Source: a bacterium (lineage in GTDB: Bacteria > Margulisbacteria > Marinamargulisbacteria > SXXA01 > JAHFDB01). Taken from it: a stretch of 49,481 bases of DNA. The stretch is from contig JAHFDB010000006.1 in assembly GCA_023249195.1 (NCBI GenBank), positions 1 through 49,481 on the forward strand, read 5' to 3'. A program made the position numbers and the translations under genes. Position 1 is the first letter of the stretch. Every line of letters begins with the position of its first letter. Positions 10,764-20,565 of the stretch are shown piece by piece. The notes beneath the pieces are model-generated. The model was not told the DNA's origin. It made no database searches and saw only the letters and a list, made by a program, of their open reading frames with translations.

Positions 10764-11540
10764 GTGTTTATCGCAAGAACTAATTTTAAAAGAGTATGGG
10801 CCGTCTGTGTGTGTGTTGTCGTGGGGGTATACGCCACCCCAAGCCATTCCCTTACCTATAGCAATAAACATCATGTTCGAACTCAGTCAGTCAAAACAGC
10901 TAAAATTGAAACCCCACTTCGAACCCTCAATAATTCTGAATTGGATCTCAATGAAAAAGCGTTTACTCACTATCAAACCTATTTGCAGTCCGATTTTCTA
11001 GAAGATGTCAACGATTCCTCGGCATATGAGGCCATTCGAGAATATATTACCCAACACCATAATGATATTCGGGATAAAGATGCAGAAGAAATTTCGAAGG
11101 AAATTGTCGAACAAGGCCGGCTTTATCAAATTGACCCCAAATTTGCTGCTGCAGTGATCTCTGCTGAATCTGGATTTAACAAAGAAGCTATTAGTAAATC
11201 TGGTGCTAAGGGCTTAGGGCAACTTATGGACTCTACTTACGCAGATTTTGGCATTCAAAACCCCTATAATATCCAGGAAAATGTGCGTGGGACAGTGCTG
11301 TATTTAAAGGATTTAATCAGCCTTTGGAACGGACATTCTTTGCAACTTTCACTTGCCATTACTTCTTACCTCAGAGGGCCTGTTCTTGTCAAAAAAGCAG
11401 AAGGAAAGTTTTCGGATCATACCTTGCAATATTTAGGGCTCATACTCAAAAAATATAACACCCTTTGCGCTATTGAATCGAAAATTCAAAAAAAGCACAC
11501 AAACGAATCTGACAAGGATGCAGTAACCTCACTCAATTAA
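10764..11540 (+). CDS. Lytic transglycosylase (SLT domain), exported
   Basis: AVISAESGFN, SGAKGLGQLM, ENVRGTVLYL; start uncertain (GTG 10764 avoids overlap with slyD and gives a signal-like N-terminus). Confidence 0.85.
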   Translation: MFIARTNFKRVWAVCVCVVVGVYATPSHSLTYSNKHHVRTQSVKTAKIETPLRTLNNSELDLNEKAFTHYQTYLQSDFLEDVNDSSAYEAIREYITQHHNDIRDKDAEEISKEIVEQGRLYQIDPKFAAAVISAESGFNKEAISKSGAKGLGQLMDSTYADFGIQNPYNIQENVRGTVLYLKDLISLWNGHSLQLSLAITSYLRGPVLVKKAEGKFSDHTLQYLGLILKKYNTLCAIESKIQKKHTNESDKDAVTSLN

Positions 11541-12875
11541 AAGAGATTGATTTTCTAAGACGCGGTTTTCAAGAAGAAGCGTTTTTCCAGGAACAACTTT
11601 TACCACCACATCCCCTTTGAAAACAACATTTTTTCCAAGCGTAATATCTCCATCTAATGTCAAAGAACGGAGATGCTTAAGTGATGGGACTTGAGTGACA
11701 CGGGCATTAAAGTTCTGTATCGATTCAAAATGAGTACTTAAGTTTACCTCTGGAACTTGGGCTAAAAGGGTGTCTCTATCTCCAAAACACAGGGTATCTA
11801 GGGCCCCTTTTTGGACCAAATCGGACTTAATAACGAGAAGATCACTGGTTTTTTTAACCGGAAGAAAACGGTCCCTGCCGACCACGATGGTGGCTGATTT
11901 TTCAAACAAAGAAATAGCAGATCCAAGAGCCGTCTCTAGCTGAACAATCGAACGTCCTTCTATTATTTTAGTGTTAACAATTAAGGATAAATGAAGCGGC
12001 TCTTTTTCAAATAACGTTTTTAAAGAAGCTAACCGCACCCAAATATTATTGGTATTAAATACGGGGAACATGGACATATCTTCAAATTCCGAAAGATGCT
12101 CATGAGGAACTTGTGCTCTTTCCAAAAGCTCTAAGCAGCCTTGCCGTCGAATAAGTGTTCCACCTTTCACATCCATCTTTGTTTTGGGGGTTGTCTCCAT
12201 TAAAAAATCACGCTGGGTCTCCATAATATACCCTAGGATAGCCGGATCGAAGGTGGGCCCTAAATTATCTGCGTTTGAAATAAAGACATACTCTATTCCT
12301 TGTGCCATAAGACGATCTAAAGTACCGCTTAAAACCAAACTATAATAAAAATCGCCATGTCCTGCGGGGCTCCACTCCTGCTGGGGATCATCGGAAAAAG
12401 AAACGGGAGCTTGAGTCAGCGTATCGATTCGAGGAAATTCGTGTTGAAGAAGGTCATTGTAGGAAATTTTACCCTTCAAAAGGGCCTCTGTTTCTTTGGC
12501 GGTACTTTCACTGTTCATTAAAATGAGGGGAAAAGAAGCCCCGTATTTCTGCTGCAAGTCTTTAATTTGATCTGCAATGATATCTAGAAAAGTTTGGCCA
12601 TGATGGATAGGAATGGCTGATTTGGGCCCTTTACATCCCATTGTTGTACCCAATCCCCCATTCAACTTAACCATGGCCACCTTAGAAGCAGACTCTGTAC
12701 CTAAACGGACATGAGATTCTGTTAACGAATCAAGAAAAACAAAATCAGACTCCAACAAGGGTTGTATTTCTAGCCAATTAACCTGACCGGTATCTCCCAG
12801 AGCATAGCGTCTAAACACGGTCATGAAATGCTGGATGACTGTGGGGTGGTATTTCCGTTGTAAAAGCTTATTCAC
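11529..12875 (-). CDS. UTP--glucose-1-phosphate uridylyltransferase, eukaryote-type UDPGP family
   Basis: KLNGGLGTTMGCKGPKS, PAGHGD, SNADNLG, DVKGG, LLERAQV, FNTNNIW, RFLPVKKTSDL. Confidence 0.93.
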   Translation of the reverse strand: MNKLLQRKYHPTVIQHFMTVFRRYALGDTGQVNWLEIQPLLESDFVFLDSLTESHVRLGTESASKVAMVKLNGGLGTTMGCKGPKSAIPIHHGQTFLDIIADQIKDLQQKYGASFPLILMNSESTAKETEALLKGKISYNDLLQHEFPRIDTLTQAPVSFSDDPQQEWSPAGHGDFYYSLVLSGTLDRLMAQGIEYVFISNADNLGPTFDPAILGYIMETQRDFLMETTPKTKMDVKGGTLIRRQGCLELLERAQVPHEHLSEFEDMSMFPVFNTNNIWVRLASLKTLFEKEPLHLSLIVNTKIIEGRSIVQLETALGSAISLFEKSATIVVGRDRFLPVKKTSDLLVIKSDLVQKGALDTLCFGDRDTLLAQVPEVNLSTHFESIQNFNARVTQVPSLKHLRSLTLDGDITLGKNVVFKGDVVVKVVPGKTLLLENRVLENQSLLIE

Positions 12876-12998
12876 AAAAAGTTGCTCAACCAGGGTCTGT
12901 GTACTCCTGTTCCATTTATTCTATTTTTTTGTATAATAGGAGGCTTATTCTAGCACAGATAATTAAGATTAAAAAACGTCGAAGGAGGCCCCATCAAG

Positions 12999-14621
12999 AT
13001 GAGTGCAACATTACTCAACGAGCTAAAATTAGAACAAATTGGTATCACTGAATTTCAATCTCTACAGAGAAACCTTTCGTATGAAGAGCTTTATAAACTA
13101 GAAACAGATCCTTCCTTGACGGGTAGTGAAAAAGGACTTCAAACCAATTTGGGCGCCATTTCAGCAGATACAGGAAAGTTTACCGGTCGTTCTCCTAAAG
13201 ATAAATATATTGTAAAGCAGTCAGGCTCAGAGCAAAATGTGTGGTGGGCAGACCAAGGATCTGATAATAAAGCTATCGATCAAAATACATGGGAACACCT
13301 TAAATCACTTTCTACGCAACAACTGAATGGAAAAAAACTGTTTATTATGGACGGTTTTTGTGGTACCAACAAAGAAACCCGTTTATCTGTACGATTGGTT
13401 ACAGAGATTGCCTGGCAGGCTCACTTTTTCAAAAATATGTTTATTCGACCCACGCAAGAAGAACTTGAAAATTTCAAGCCTGATTGGACCATTTTAAATG
13501 CCTGTCGAACCTCATGTAAGGATTTTGAAAAATGGGGCCTTCGTTCAGAAGTGTTTATTGCTTTTAATATCGATGAAAAAATGACCCTCATTGGCGGAAC
13601 CTGGTACGCAGGTGAAATGAAAAAAGGCATTTTTTCGATCATGAATTATTTCTTGCCTTTGAAAAACATTGGAGCCTTCCATTGCTCGTCAAATATGGGG
13701 GACAATGGGGAAACGGCCTTGTTTTTTGGTCTCTCAGGCACTGGAAAAACAACCCTTTCAGCAGACCCCAAGAGAAAACTTATTGGAGATGATGAACACG
13801 GATGGGACAACGAAGGGGTTTTTAACTTTGAAGGGGGATGTTATGCAAAAACCATTAATCTCTCTGCAGAAAAAGAACCTGATATTTTTAGAGCGATCAA
13901 AAGAGATGCCCTTCTAGAGAACGTCGTTATTGATGGTGAAAAAAATATTGATTTTGATTCTGATGCAAAAACAGAAAACACCCGGGTTTCCTACCCCATT
14001 TATCATATTGATAACATTGTCAAACCCGTCTCAAAGGGGAGCCACGCGAATAAAATTATCTTTTTGACCTGTGATGCCTATGGGGTATTGCCTCCGGTAT
14101 CAAAGCTCAATAAAGAACAAGCGATGTACCAATATCTCAGTGGTTATACTGCAAAAGTAGCGGGAACCGAGCTTGGAATTACAGAGCCCACAGCCACATT
14201 TTCGGCCTGTTTTGGAGGCCCTTTTTTGCTTCTGCACCCCATTAAATATGCGGAAATTTTAGGTAAAAAAATGAAAGAGCACAACTCGGAAGCTTATCTT
14301 GTCAATACAGGGTGGAGCGGTGGAAGTTATGGGGTAGGCAAGAGAATGAGTCTTCCTGCCACCAGAGCGATCATTGATGCTATTTTGAATGGCTCTTTAG
14401 GGGAAGAAGGATTTGAAAATTTTCCTGTTTTTAACTTTCAAATTCCTAAAGGCGTTAGAAACGTCGAAAGTACAATTTTAAATCCAAAAAATACTTGGAC
14501 CAATAAAGACGAATACGAGGCTTCTTTGCAAAAGTTAGCCCATAAATTCACCCATAATTTCAAGAAATATGCAAACAATCCTGAGACTCAAAAATTGAGT
14601 CAAGCAGGACCTCAAGCCTAA
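12999..14621 (+). CDS. pckA: Phosphoenolpyruvate carboxykinase (ATP)
   Basis: [45 protein letters not shown]; GGAGG RBS. Confidence 0.97.
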   Translation: MSATLLNELKLEQIGITEFQSLQRNLSYEELYKLETDPSLTGSEKGLQTNLGAISADTGKFTGRSPKDKYIVKQSGSEQNVWWADQGSDNKAIDQNTWEHLKSLSTQQLNGKKLFIMDGFCGTNKETRLSVRLVTEIAWQAHFFKNMFIRPTQEELENFKPDWTILNACRTSCKDFEKWGLRSEVFIAFNIDEKMTLIGGTWYAGEMKKGIFSIMNYFLPLKNIGAFHCSSNMGDNGETALFFGLSGTGKTTLSADPKRKLIGDDEHGWDNEGVFNFEGGCYAKTINLSAEKEPDIFRAIKRDALLENVVIDGEKNIDFDSDAKTENTRVSYPIYHIDNIVKPVSKGSHANKIIFLTCDAYGVLPPVSKLNKEQAMYQYLSGYTAKVAGTELGITEPTATFSACFGGPFLLLHPIKYAEILGKKMKEHNSEAYLVNTGWSGGSYGVGKRMSLPATRAIIDAILNGSLGEEGFENFPVFNFQIPKGVRNVESTILNPKNTWTNKDEYEASLQKLAHKFTHNFKKYANNPETQKLSQAGPQA

Positions 14622-14631
14622 CGGACCCAGA

Positions 14632-14674
14632 CTACTCCCTTCCAAAAATGTTTATAGTTTTTGGAAGGGAGTAG
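14632..14674. terminator. Bidirectional hairpin between convergent pckA and DAHP synthase genes
   Basis: Perfect 17-bp inverted repeat CTACTCCCTTCCAAAAA / TTTTTGGAAGGGAGTAG with 9-nt loop. Confidence 0.8.
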
Positions 14675-14677
14675 CCC

Positions 14678-15715
14678 TTAGACCCTTTGGAAAACGGTTT
14701 TAATAAGCCGTTCAGTTGTGTCCCATCCAATACATGCATCTGTAATAGATACCCCATAGTGAAGTTTTGTAAGATCCTCTGAAATGCTTTGATTCCCTTC
14801 GAACAGATTGCTTTCTATCATTACTCCAATAATGGAATGATAGCCTTTTGTTCGTAAATCCATGACCTCTAGGCATACACTTTCTTGATTTTCGTGCTTT
14901 TTTCTTGAATTTCCATGACTGCAATCAATCATAATGCTGGGTTCAAAACCTGCTTTTGAAAGTTTCTCTAAAGTGTCTTTAATTGTTTGCTCATCGTAGT
15001 TAGGTGTTTTTCCTCCACGTAAAATCACATGGCCGAGGCTATTTCCTTTGGTCTTGATAATCGAGGTTTGACCCTCTTGGTTAATGCCTAAAAAATCATG
15101 CGGATGACATGCCGATTGCATGGCATTGATGGCCACATCCAAATTGCCCTCGGTACTATTTTTAAAACCTACAGGCATAGAAAGCCCGCTGGCCATTTCT
15201 CGGTGAGTTTGAGACTCGGTCGTTCTTGCCCCAATGGAAGCCCAAGAAACCAAATCGGCCATATACTGAGGCACAATAGGATCGAGCATTTCTGTGGCTA
15301 CAGGCAACCCCATTTCCGAGATTTCCAATAAAAGTTTCCTGGCTAGAAATAACCCCTCTGATATATCACCCTTGCCGGTTAAATGCGGGTCGTTGATATA
15401 TCCCTTCCATCCAACTGTTGTACGCGGTTTCTCAAAATAAGCCCGCATCACAATAAAAATCGAATCATGAACCTCATCGCTTAATTTCTTGAGTTTTCGG
15501 GCATATTCCAAAGCAGCCTTTGGGTCATAGATCGAGCAAGGTCCCACGACACATAACAGCCGCGAGTCTTCTTTTTTCAAAATACGTTCGATAACGGCAC
15601 GGCTTTCTAATACATGCTGAGAAATAGCGGGGGTAATAGGCAGTTTTTCCTTTAGCAATTTAGGAGAAATTAAGGGAACAATTGCTTCGATATTCACATA
15701 TTGAGTTGGTTTCAT
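14678..15715 (-). CDS. 3-deoxy-7-phosphoheptulonate (DAHP) synthase, class I alpha (AroF/G/H type)
   Basis: VVGPCSI, YFEKPRTTVGWKG, IGARTTESQTHR, GFKN, DCSHGNS, YGVSITDAC. Confidence 0.96.
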   Translation of the reverse strand: MKPTQYVNIEAIVPLISPKLLKEKLPITPAISQHVLESRAVIERILKKEDSRLLCVVGPCSIYDPKAALEYARKLKKLSDEVHDSIFIVMRAYFEKPRTTVGWKGYINDPHLTGKGDISEGLFLARKLLLEISEMGLPVATEMLDPIVPQYMADLVSWASIGARTTESQTHREMASGLSMPVGFKNSTEGNLDVAINAMQSACHPHDFLGINQEGQTSIIKTKGNSLGHVILRGGKTPNYDEQTIKDTLEKLSKAGFEPSIMIDCSHGNSRKKHENQESVCLEVMDLRTKGYHSIIGVMIESNLFEGNQSISEDLTKLHYGVSITDACIGWDTTERLIKTVFQRV

Positions 15716-15776
15716 CCTTCAAATAGTAGCGCAACACATTTCATTTGTGAATGGAGGGTGTTAAAATAGCCTCCTT

Positions 15777-16550
15777 ATGTCAGAAATTCTCAAAATTGCA
15801 AACCAGCCCCTCACTTCCAGACTGTTTGTAGGGACAGGAAAATTTTCTTCGCCAGAGTGGATGAAAAAAGCCATTGAGGCTTCTGGGGCAGAAGTCATTA
15901 CTACGGCTATTCGACGGGTGGATATGAATAATCCGGAAGATTCTTTTATTCACATTATTAACCCTAAAAAGTTTGTGTTTCTACCCAACACTTCTGGGGC
16001 TAGAAACGCGGAAGAAGCCGTTCGTATTGCTAAAATCGCTCGTTTTTCTGGCCTTTCCGATTGGATTAAACTCGAAGTTACCCCCGAACCCAATTATCTA
16101 TTGCCAGATCCTATTGAAACCTTAAAAGCTGCAGAAGAATTGGTAAAACTAGGATTCACTGTCCTGCCTTACATCAATGCCGACCCCATTTTGGCCAAAC
16201 GCCTTGAAGAAGTGGGTTGTGCAACTGTAATGCCCTTGGCGGCCCCTATTGGGTCTAACAGAGGGCTTCAGACCAAAGATCTTATTGGTATTATTATTGA
16301 GCAAGCCAAAATCCCTGTCGTGGTCGACGCTGGCCTAGGGGCCCCTTCCCAAGCAGCTGAAGCTATGGAAATGGGTGCATCAGCCGTTTTGGTCAATACC
16401 GCCATTGCAACTGCCAGAGACCCTGAATTAATGGCCTTAGCCTTTAAACAAGCCGTTATAGCGGGGCGCAATGCCTATTTATCAGGCCTTCCAGGTTCCT
16501 ATATCGTCGCCAGAGCCTCGTCTCCGCTCACGGGTTTCTTGCAAAAATGA
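15777..16550 (+). CDS. thiG: Thiazole synthase
   Basis: [39 protein letters not shown]. Confidence 0.97.
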   Translation: MSEILKIANQPLTSRLFVGTGKFSSPEWMKKAIEASGAEVITTAIRRVDMNNPEDSFIHIINPKKFVFLPNTSGARNAEEAVRIAKIARFSGLSDWIKLEVTPEPNYLLPDPIETLKAAEELVKLGFTVLPYINADPILAKRLEEVGCATVMPLAAPIGSNRGLQTKDLIGIIIEQAKIPVVVDAGLGAPSQAAEAMEMGASAVLVNTAIATARDPELMALAFKQAVIAGRNAYLSGLPGSYIVARASSPLTGFLQK

Positions 16551-17656
16551 GTTTCGCGAGCATCTTTCCCACACTGCCTATTGATAGTTGGGTAAGTCGC
16601 GCAAAATCTACTACAGAAGCCGAGGTTATACAAACCCTTTCCAAAACCCATTTTGGGCTTCAAGATCTGCCTGTTTTAATCTCGAAATCTGCCTTTTCTT
16701 ATATTGAAGAACTTGCGCAACGTGCACATGCCCTTACCCGTCAACGCTTTGGAAATGTGATGCAAGTGTTTATCCCTATGTACATCTCTAATGTTTGTTA
16801 TAACAGCTGTTCTTATTGTGGGTTTAGCATGGAAAATGACTATAAGCGCATCACTTTAAATTCAGAAGAAATTGTCAAAGAAGGAACCCTTCTTAAGCAA
16901 AGAGGCTTTCAACATTTGTTGCTATTAACAGGAGAAGCAGACAAAAGCAGCGTCGGTTATATTGCCCACGCAGTTGAGTTGCTACACCCCTATTTTTCAT
17001 CTATAGGAATTGAAGTTCAACCCCTTTGCGTAGAGGACTATCAAAAAATGATAGCGGCAGGTGTAGATAGTCTGACTGTGTATCAAGAAACCTATCATCC
17101 CGAATCGTATCAACGCTATCACAAGGCAGGTAAAAAAAAGAATTTTACCTACCGACTCGATACTCCGGATAGAGGTGGGAAAGCGGGGTTTTACCGACTC
17201 AATATAGGCGCCCTAATGGGCCTTTATGAATGGCAATATGAAGCCATTGCATTGGGATTCCATTTAGACTACCTTCAGAAAACCTATTGGAAAACCAAGT
17301 ACTCTGTCTCTTTTCCACGCATTCGAAACATGGTTGGAGACTTCACCCCTCAATATGAGCTTTCAGACGGAGAACTTGCTCAACTCTTTTGTGCATTTAG
17401 ACTCGTTTTTCCAGACATTGGCATCACACTCTCTACGCGAGAATCGGCCCAATTAAGAGACCATTTGTTCAAACTAGGCGTTACCACCGTATCAGCAGAA
17501 TCTAACACAGCTCCTGGAGGATATTCAGGTAAAGAAAACACAGAAGCACAATTCGAAATCAGCGATCATCGGAGCCTTGAAGAAATCAAGCACATACTTT
17601 TGGAAAACGGTTTTGAACCTGTGATGAAAGACTGGGACAGACAATGGATCGCCTAG
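16547..17656 (+). CDS. thiH: 2-iminoacetate synthase (radical SAM)
   Basis: CYNSCSYC radical SAM motif, [30 protein letters not shown]; ATGA overlap with thiG. Confidence 0.95.
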   Translation: MSFASIFPTLPIDSWVSRAKSTTEAEVIQTLSKTHFGLQDLPVLISKSAFSYIEELAQRAHALTRQRFGNVMQVFIPMYISNVCYNSCSYCGFSMENDYKRITLNSEEIVKEGTLLKQRGFQHLLLLTGEADKSSVGYIAHAVELLHPYFSSIGIEVQPLCVEDYQKMIAAGVDSLTVYQETYHPESYQRYHKAGKKKNFTYRLDTPDRGGKAGFYRLNIGALMGLYEWQYEAIALGFHLDYLQKTYWKTKYSVSFPRIRNMVGDFTPQYELSDGELAQLFCAFRLVFPDIGITLSTRESAQLRDHLFKLGVTTVSAESNTAPGGYSGKENTEAQFEISDHRSLEEIKHILLENGFEPVMKDWDRQWIA

Positions 17657-18825
17657 CCAACAAGCTCACTACTTATGTGGGCTCTTTTGAGCGACTTAAA
17701 TTGGCTTTGAATTATGGCGCTGAACACCTCATTTTTGAAGACCCTAAACTTTCTGCCCGAAGCTATGCAGAGGCCACTTTGCAAATAGGCTTTCAGCATT
17801 TAGAAGATTGGGCACAATACGCGCGTATCCAAAACCCCGATATAGAGATCTCCTTCAATCTAGATATCATGATTCACGATCGCCATTTCCCATTGATACT
17901 TTTGCTCATTAAAACACTTGAAAAAGCTAATATTCAACATATTCGTGTTCAAGATACGGGCCTTACCCTTTTTTTTAAAACACATTTTTCGAAGGCTCAT
18001 CTCACACTTGCCATGGAGACAGGAAATCAAAATCTTGAAAGCATCTATAGGTATACAACCCTTTTTGACTCCCAAGTTTTGAACAACGAAATGCCCTTCT
18101 CTGAGCTTAAAAAAACGGTCTTAAACTGCCCCCATTATCCTTTTGAACTTCAAGTTCAAGGCCCTCTTTTAATTCAATATTCCAATCGCCGTTATATGGC
18201 TGGTTTTGAAGAGACAGAAGCGCCGCTTTATCGCATAGCACAAGACGAGCAGTATCCTAACCGTTTTTTTCCTTTTTATGACAATGTCCATGGACACTTT
18301 ATGTATCTCTATTTTGACCGATGTCTCCTTACTTATATTCCCGACCTTTTATCTTTAGACCTCAGCGGGTGGATTATCGATGCACGGGGAGAAAGTGACT
18401 CGTATCTTATTCAAACGCTTACGCTTTACAAAAAATACCGCACACTTACTGTTGCCATATCCGACCCTGATTTAGAAAGCCTAGCTTCCCTGGCCCAAAG
18501 ACCCCAAAAGGGTGGTTTTTTCAGAGCCAATCGTACTGACCAAGACCGTGAATCGGTGGTCAAGGAAGTCGAAGGATATCACTATACGGGCATTGTGATA
18601 GATACGGTCTCTAAAAAACAATTCACTTTTGAAACACTGTGGCCGCTTTCACTTGGAAATGAGATTAAAATCCTCACGCCTGAAGGGCATGAAGCAAATT
18701 TTACGCTCGCACAGATGAGCTCGGCTTTTAATATCCCCTTAATTCAGGCTCAAGTAGGTGATATTATTTCCCTTCCTTGGCAAAAAAGAGTGGTCACTCA
18801 AAGCAAGGTATTTCTTAAAAAATGA
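17644..18825 (+). CDS. Divergent U32 'peptidase' family protein
   Basis: AL.YGA, ELQVQGP...YSNRR, DRCLL..IPDL, IIDARG TIM-barrel pattern plus beta-rich C-terminal domain. Confidence 0.7.
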   Translation: MDRLANKLTTYVGSFERLKLALNYGAEHLIFEDPKLSARSYAEATLQIGFQHLEDWAQYARIQNPDIEISFNLDIMIHDRHFPLILLLIKTLEKANIQHIRVQDTGLTLFFKTHFSKAHLTLAMETGNQNLESIYRYTTLFDSQVLNNEMPFSELKKTVLNCPHYPFELQVQGPLLIQYSNRRYMAGFEETEAPLYRIAQDEQYPNRFFPFYDNVHGHFMYLYFDRCLLTYIPDLLSLDLSGWIIDARGESDSYLIQTLTLYKKYRTLTVAISDPDLESLASLAQRPQKGGFFRANRTDQDRESVVKEVEGYHYTGIVIDTVSKKQFTFETLWPLSLGNEIKILTPEGHEANFTLAQMSSAFNIPLIQAQVGDIISLPWQKRVVTQSKVFLKK

Positions 18826-19031
18826 TGACCCGTCGCGAATTAAAATGGGTTCAAAAACAACTTCCTAGACTGGAAGAAAAAGGACTTATTTCACCCTTCC
18901 AAACCGAAAGTTTGTCACTCCATTTTCATGAGCAGTTTACTCAAAACAGAAAAAAGTTTTTGCTATTTTTATGGGGATCGATAGCCACCATTTCTTTGAT
19001 CCTAGTCGGCTTGATGTGGTTTTTGAAATGA
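18822..19031 (+). CDS. Small membrane protein
   Basis: ATGA overlap with upstream gene; EEKGLIS..Q motif and one C-terminal TM helix. Confidence 0.55.
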   Translation: MMTRRELKWVQKQLPRLEEKGLISPFQTESLSLHFHEQFTQNRKKFLLFLWGSIATISLILVGLMWFLK

Positions 19032-19034
19032 ATG

Positions 19035-19370
19035 TTATAAAAACACCGCCACAGCCACTTCAAAAATGGTTAAAAATAGCATCCCAAAGTAAAGCCTGTG
19101 GGAAATTTCGCGGTTTTTGTGTTTAAATAACAATCCGACAATCACCAGCAAAATTAAAAGTTTAATCCCTATTTTAGCATGATCAACATAGGGTTCTTTG
19201 ATAGCTACCATGGCAAGTCCTGTCACTAATTGAATATAAGCACCGTGCTTCATGGCTGTATTTACCCGCTTAGCCTTGTCTTTAAGCTGGCTAAGGGTTC
19301 CACCCACTAATGAGGCCATCCCTAATAAATGCAAAAATCTTAAAATCATCGTAACGCCATATACTATCAT
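19035..19370 (-). CDS. Small integral membrane protein (4 TM)
   Basis: Hydrophobic helices, LHLLG, QLVTGL, KIGIKL; AAGGAG RBS before ATG at 19370. Confidence 0.75.
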   Translation of the reverse strand: MIVYGVTMILRFLHLLGMASLVGGTLSQLKDKAKRVNTAMKHGAYIQLVTGLAMVAIKEPYVDHAKIGIKLLILLVIVGLLFKHKNREISHRLYFGMLFLTIFEVAVAVFL

Positions 19371-19393
19371 TATCGTATTCTCCTTTAAAAAAT

Positions 19394-19618
19394 TTACCAA
19401 CCTTCTCCTCGACGTTTTTCAATGGCCTTTTTTTGAATCTCTGATTCTGAAATATAGTCTCTTTCTAGTTCATTTCTTGGAACATTTAGAAATAGATTTT
19501 CCTTGGTCAAACATCCAGCAGATCCATCTGCATTCCATTTTCCAAATAGAATTTTAGCTTTACTTTCTTTGTGAATCAAGGTCATTCCACGTCGATATGT
19601 TTTTGCTCGTTCGGTCAT
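19394..19618 (-). CDS. Hypothetical protein
   Basis: 74 aa; ATGA overlap with gshB stop. Confidence 0.6.
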   Translation of the reverse strand: MTERAKTYRRGMTLIHKESKAKILFGKWNADGSAGCLTKENLFLNVPRNELERDYISESEIQKKAIEKRRGEGW

Positions 19619-20565
19619 AGCGATTCCTTTTCAGATAGGAGTGTGTGCACAAAAGCAATCACCGTATCTTCTAATTGAAGATGATATAACCGATTCATTT
19701 CTTGAAGGCAAGTAGGCGATGTCACATTGACCTCCATGAGTCGATCGCCAATGATATCGATTCCCACAAAATAGAGACCTAAAGCTTGAAGATGCGGCGC
19801 TAAAATGGCCACAATCTCGCGGTCTCTGTCGGTAATATTGGTAGCAACCGCTTTTCCTCCTGAAAAAAAGTTATTACGATGATCCCCTTCTGGGTGGACG
19901 CGTAAAACAGCCCCTAAAATAGTGCCGTTTAATAGTAAAATACGCTTATCACCTTTGTCTGCTTCAGGAATGAATTGCTGTAAAATAGCGTCATATTTCC
20001 CTGTCTGGGTGACCGTTTCAAAAATAACTGAAAAATTAGTGTCCCCCTCTTTAATAACAAAAACGGCGGATCCTCCAAATCCGTTTGTGGGCTTTACTAC
20101 CACAGTGTTATGCTTTTTTCTAAATGCTAGGGCATCTTGTTTATGTCGAGTAACCAAGGTCGCAGGTATCAGATTGTGAAACTGTGTCGCCCAAATCTTT
20201 TCATTGACCATTCGAATACTGGAAGGCCTATTCATCACGATCACCGAGCTTGAAAGCCGATCTAAGAGCCAGGTATGCATGAGATAATCTGCATCAAACG
20301 GAGGATCGGTACGAATAAAGACCACTTGAACCTCTTCCTCTGAAAAATGGGCCCATTGATGAGAAAGAAACGGATGCGCATACTCGTTTTGAGGGGTCAC
20401 ATGAAGGGCATGAAACCAAACCCTTTCATCTTTTAAAACAATGCCTCCTTTGGGTAAATAATACACCGGATTTCCTGCACGATGCGCTGCCAACATGAGT
20501 ATATAAGTCGTATCCTTCTCTGGATGGATGGTTTCTAGGGGATCCATCAAAAAAAGCCACTTCAT
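19615..20565 (-). CDS. gshB: Glutathione synthetase
   Basis: FLMDP..KDTT, RTDPPFD, NEK, GDKRI, VGIDIIG, EVNVTSPT; start MKWLF overlaps the gshA stop. Confidence 0.95.
   Translation of the reverse strand: MKWLFLMDPLETIHPEKDTTYILMLAAHRAGNPVYYLPKGGIVLKDERVWFHALHVTPQNEYAHPFLSHQWAHFSEEEVQVVFIRTDPPFDADYLMHTWLLDRLSSSVIVMNRPSSIRMVNEKIWATQFHNLIPATLVTRHKQDALAFRKKHNTVVVKPTNGFGGSAVFVIKEGDTNFSVIFETVTQTGKYDAILQQFIPEADKGDKRILLLNGTILGAVLRVHPEGDHRNNFFSGGKAVATNITDRDREIVAILAPHLQALGLYFVGIDIIGDRLMEVNVTSPTCLQEMNRLYHLQLEDTVIAFVHTLLSEKESL

Noticed and set aside
10737-10874. N-terminal extension of slyD and overlapping 5' extension of the SLT ORF given by the ORF track
   Set aside because: Family similarity begins at MSGKV (10736); later starts remove the head-to-head overlap.
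15716-15776. TPP riboswitch upstream of thiG
   Set aside because: The intergenic region is only 61 nt and lacks the conserved CTGAGA / AGCGTAGGGA core.
19370-19396. Minus-strand TAAA-N15-TACGATAA, a sigma28-like match
   Set aside because: It contains the AAGGAG RBS and overlaps the ATG of the downstream gene, so a transcript would start inside the CDS; it also lacks the TGAAAT half-site of the three-copy motif.
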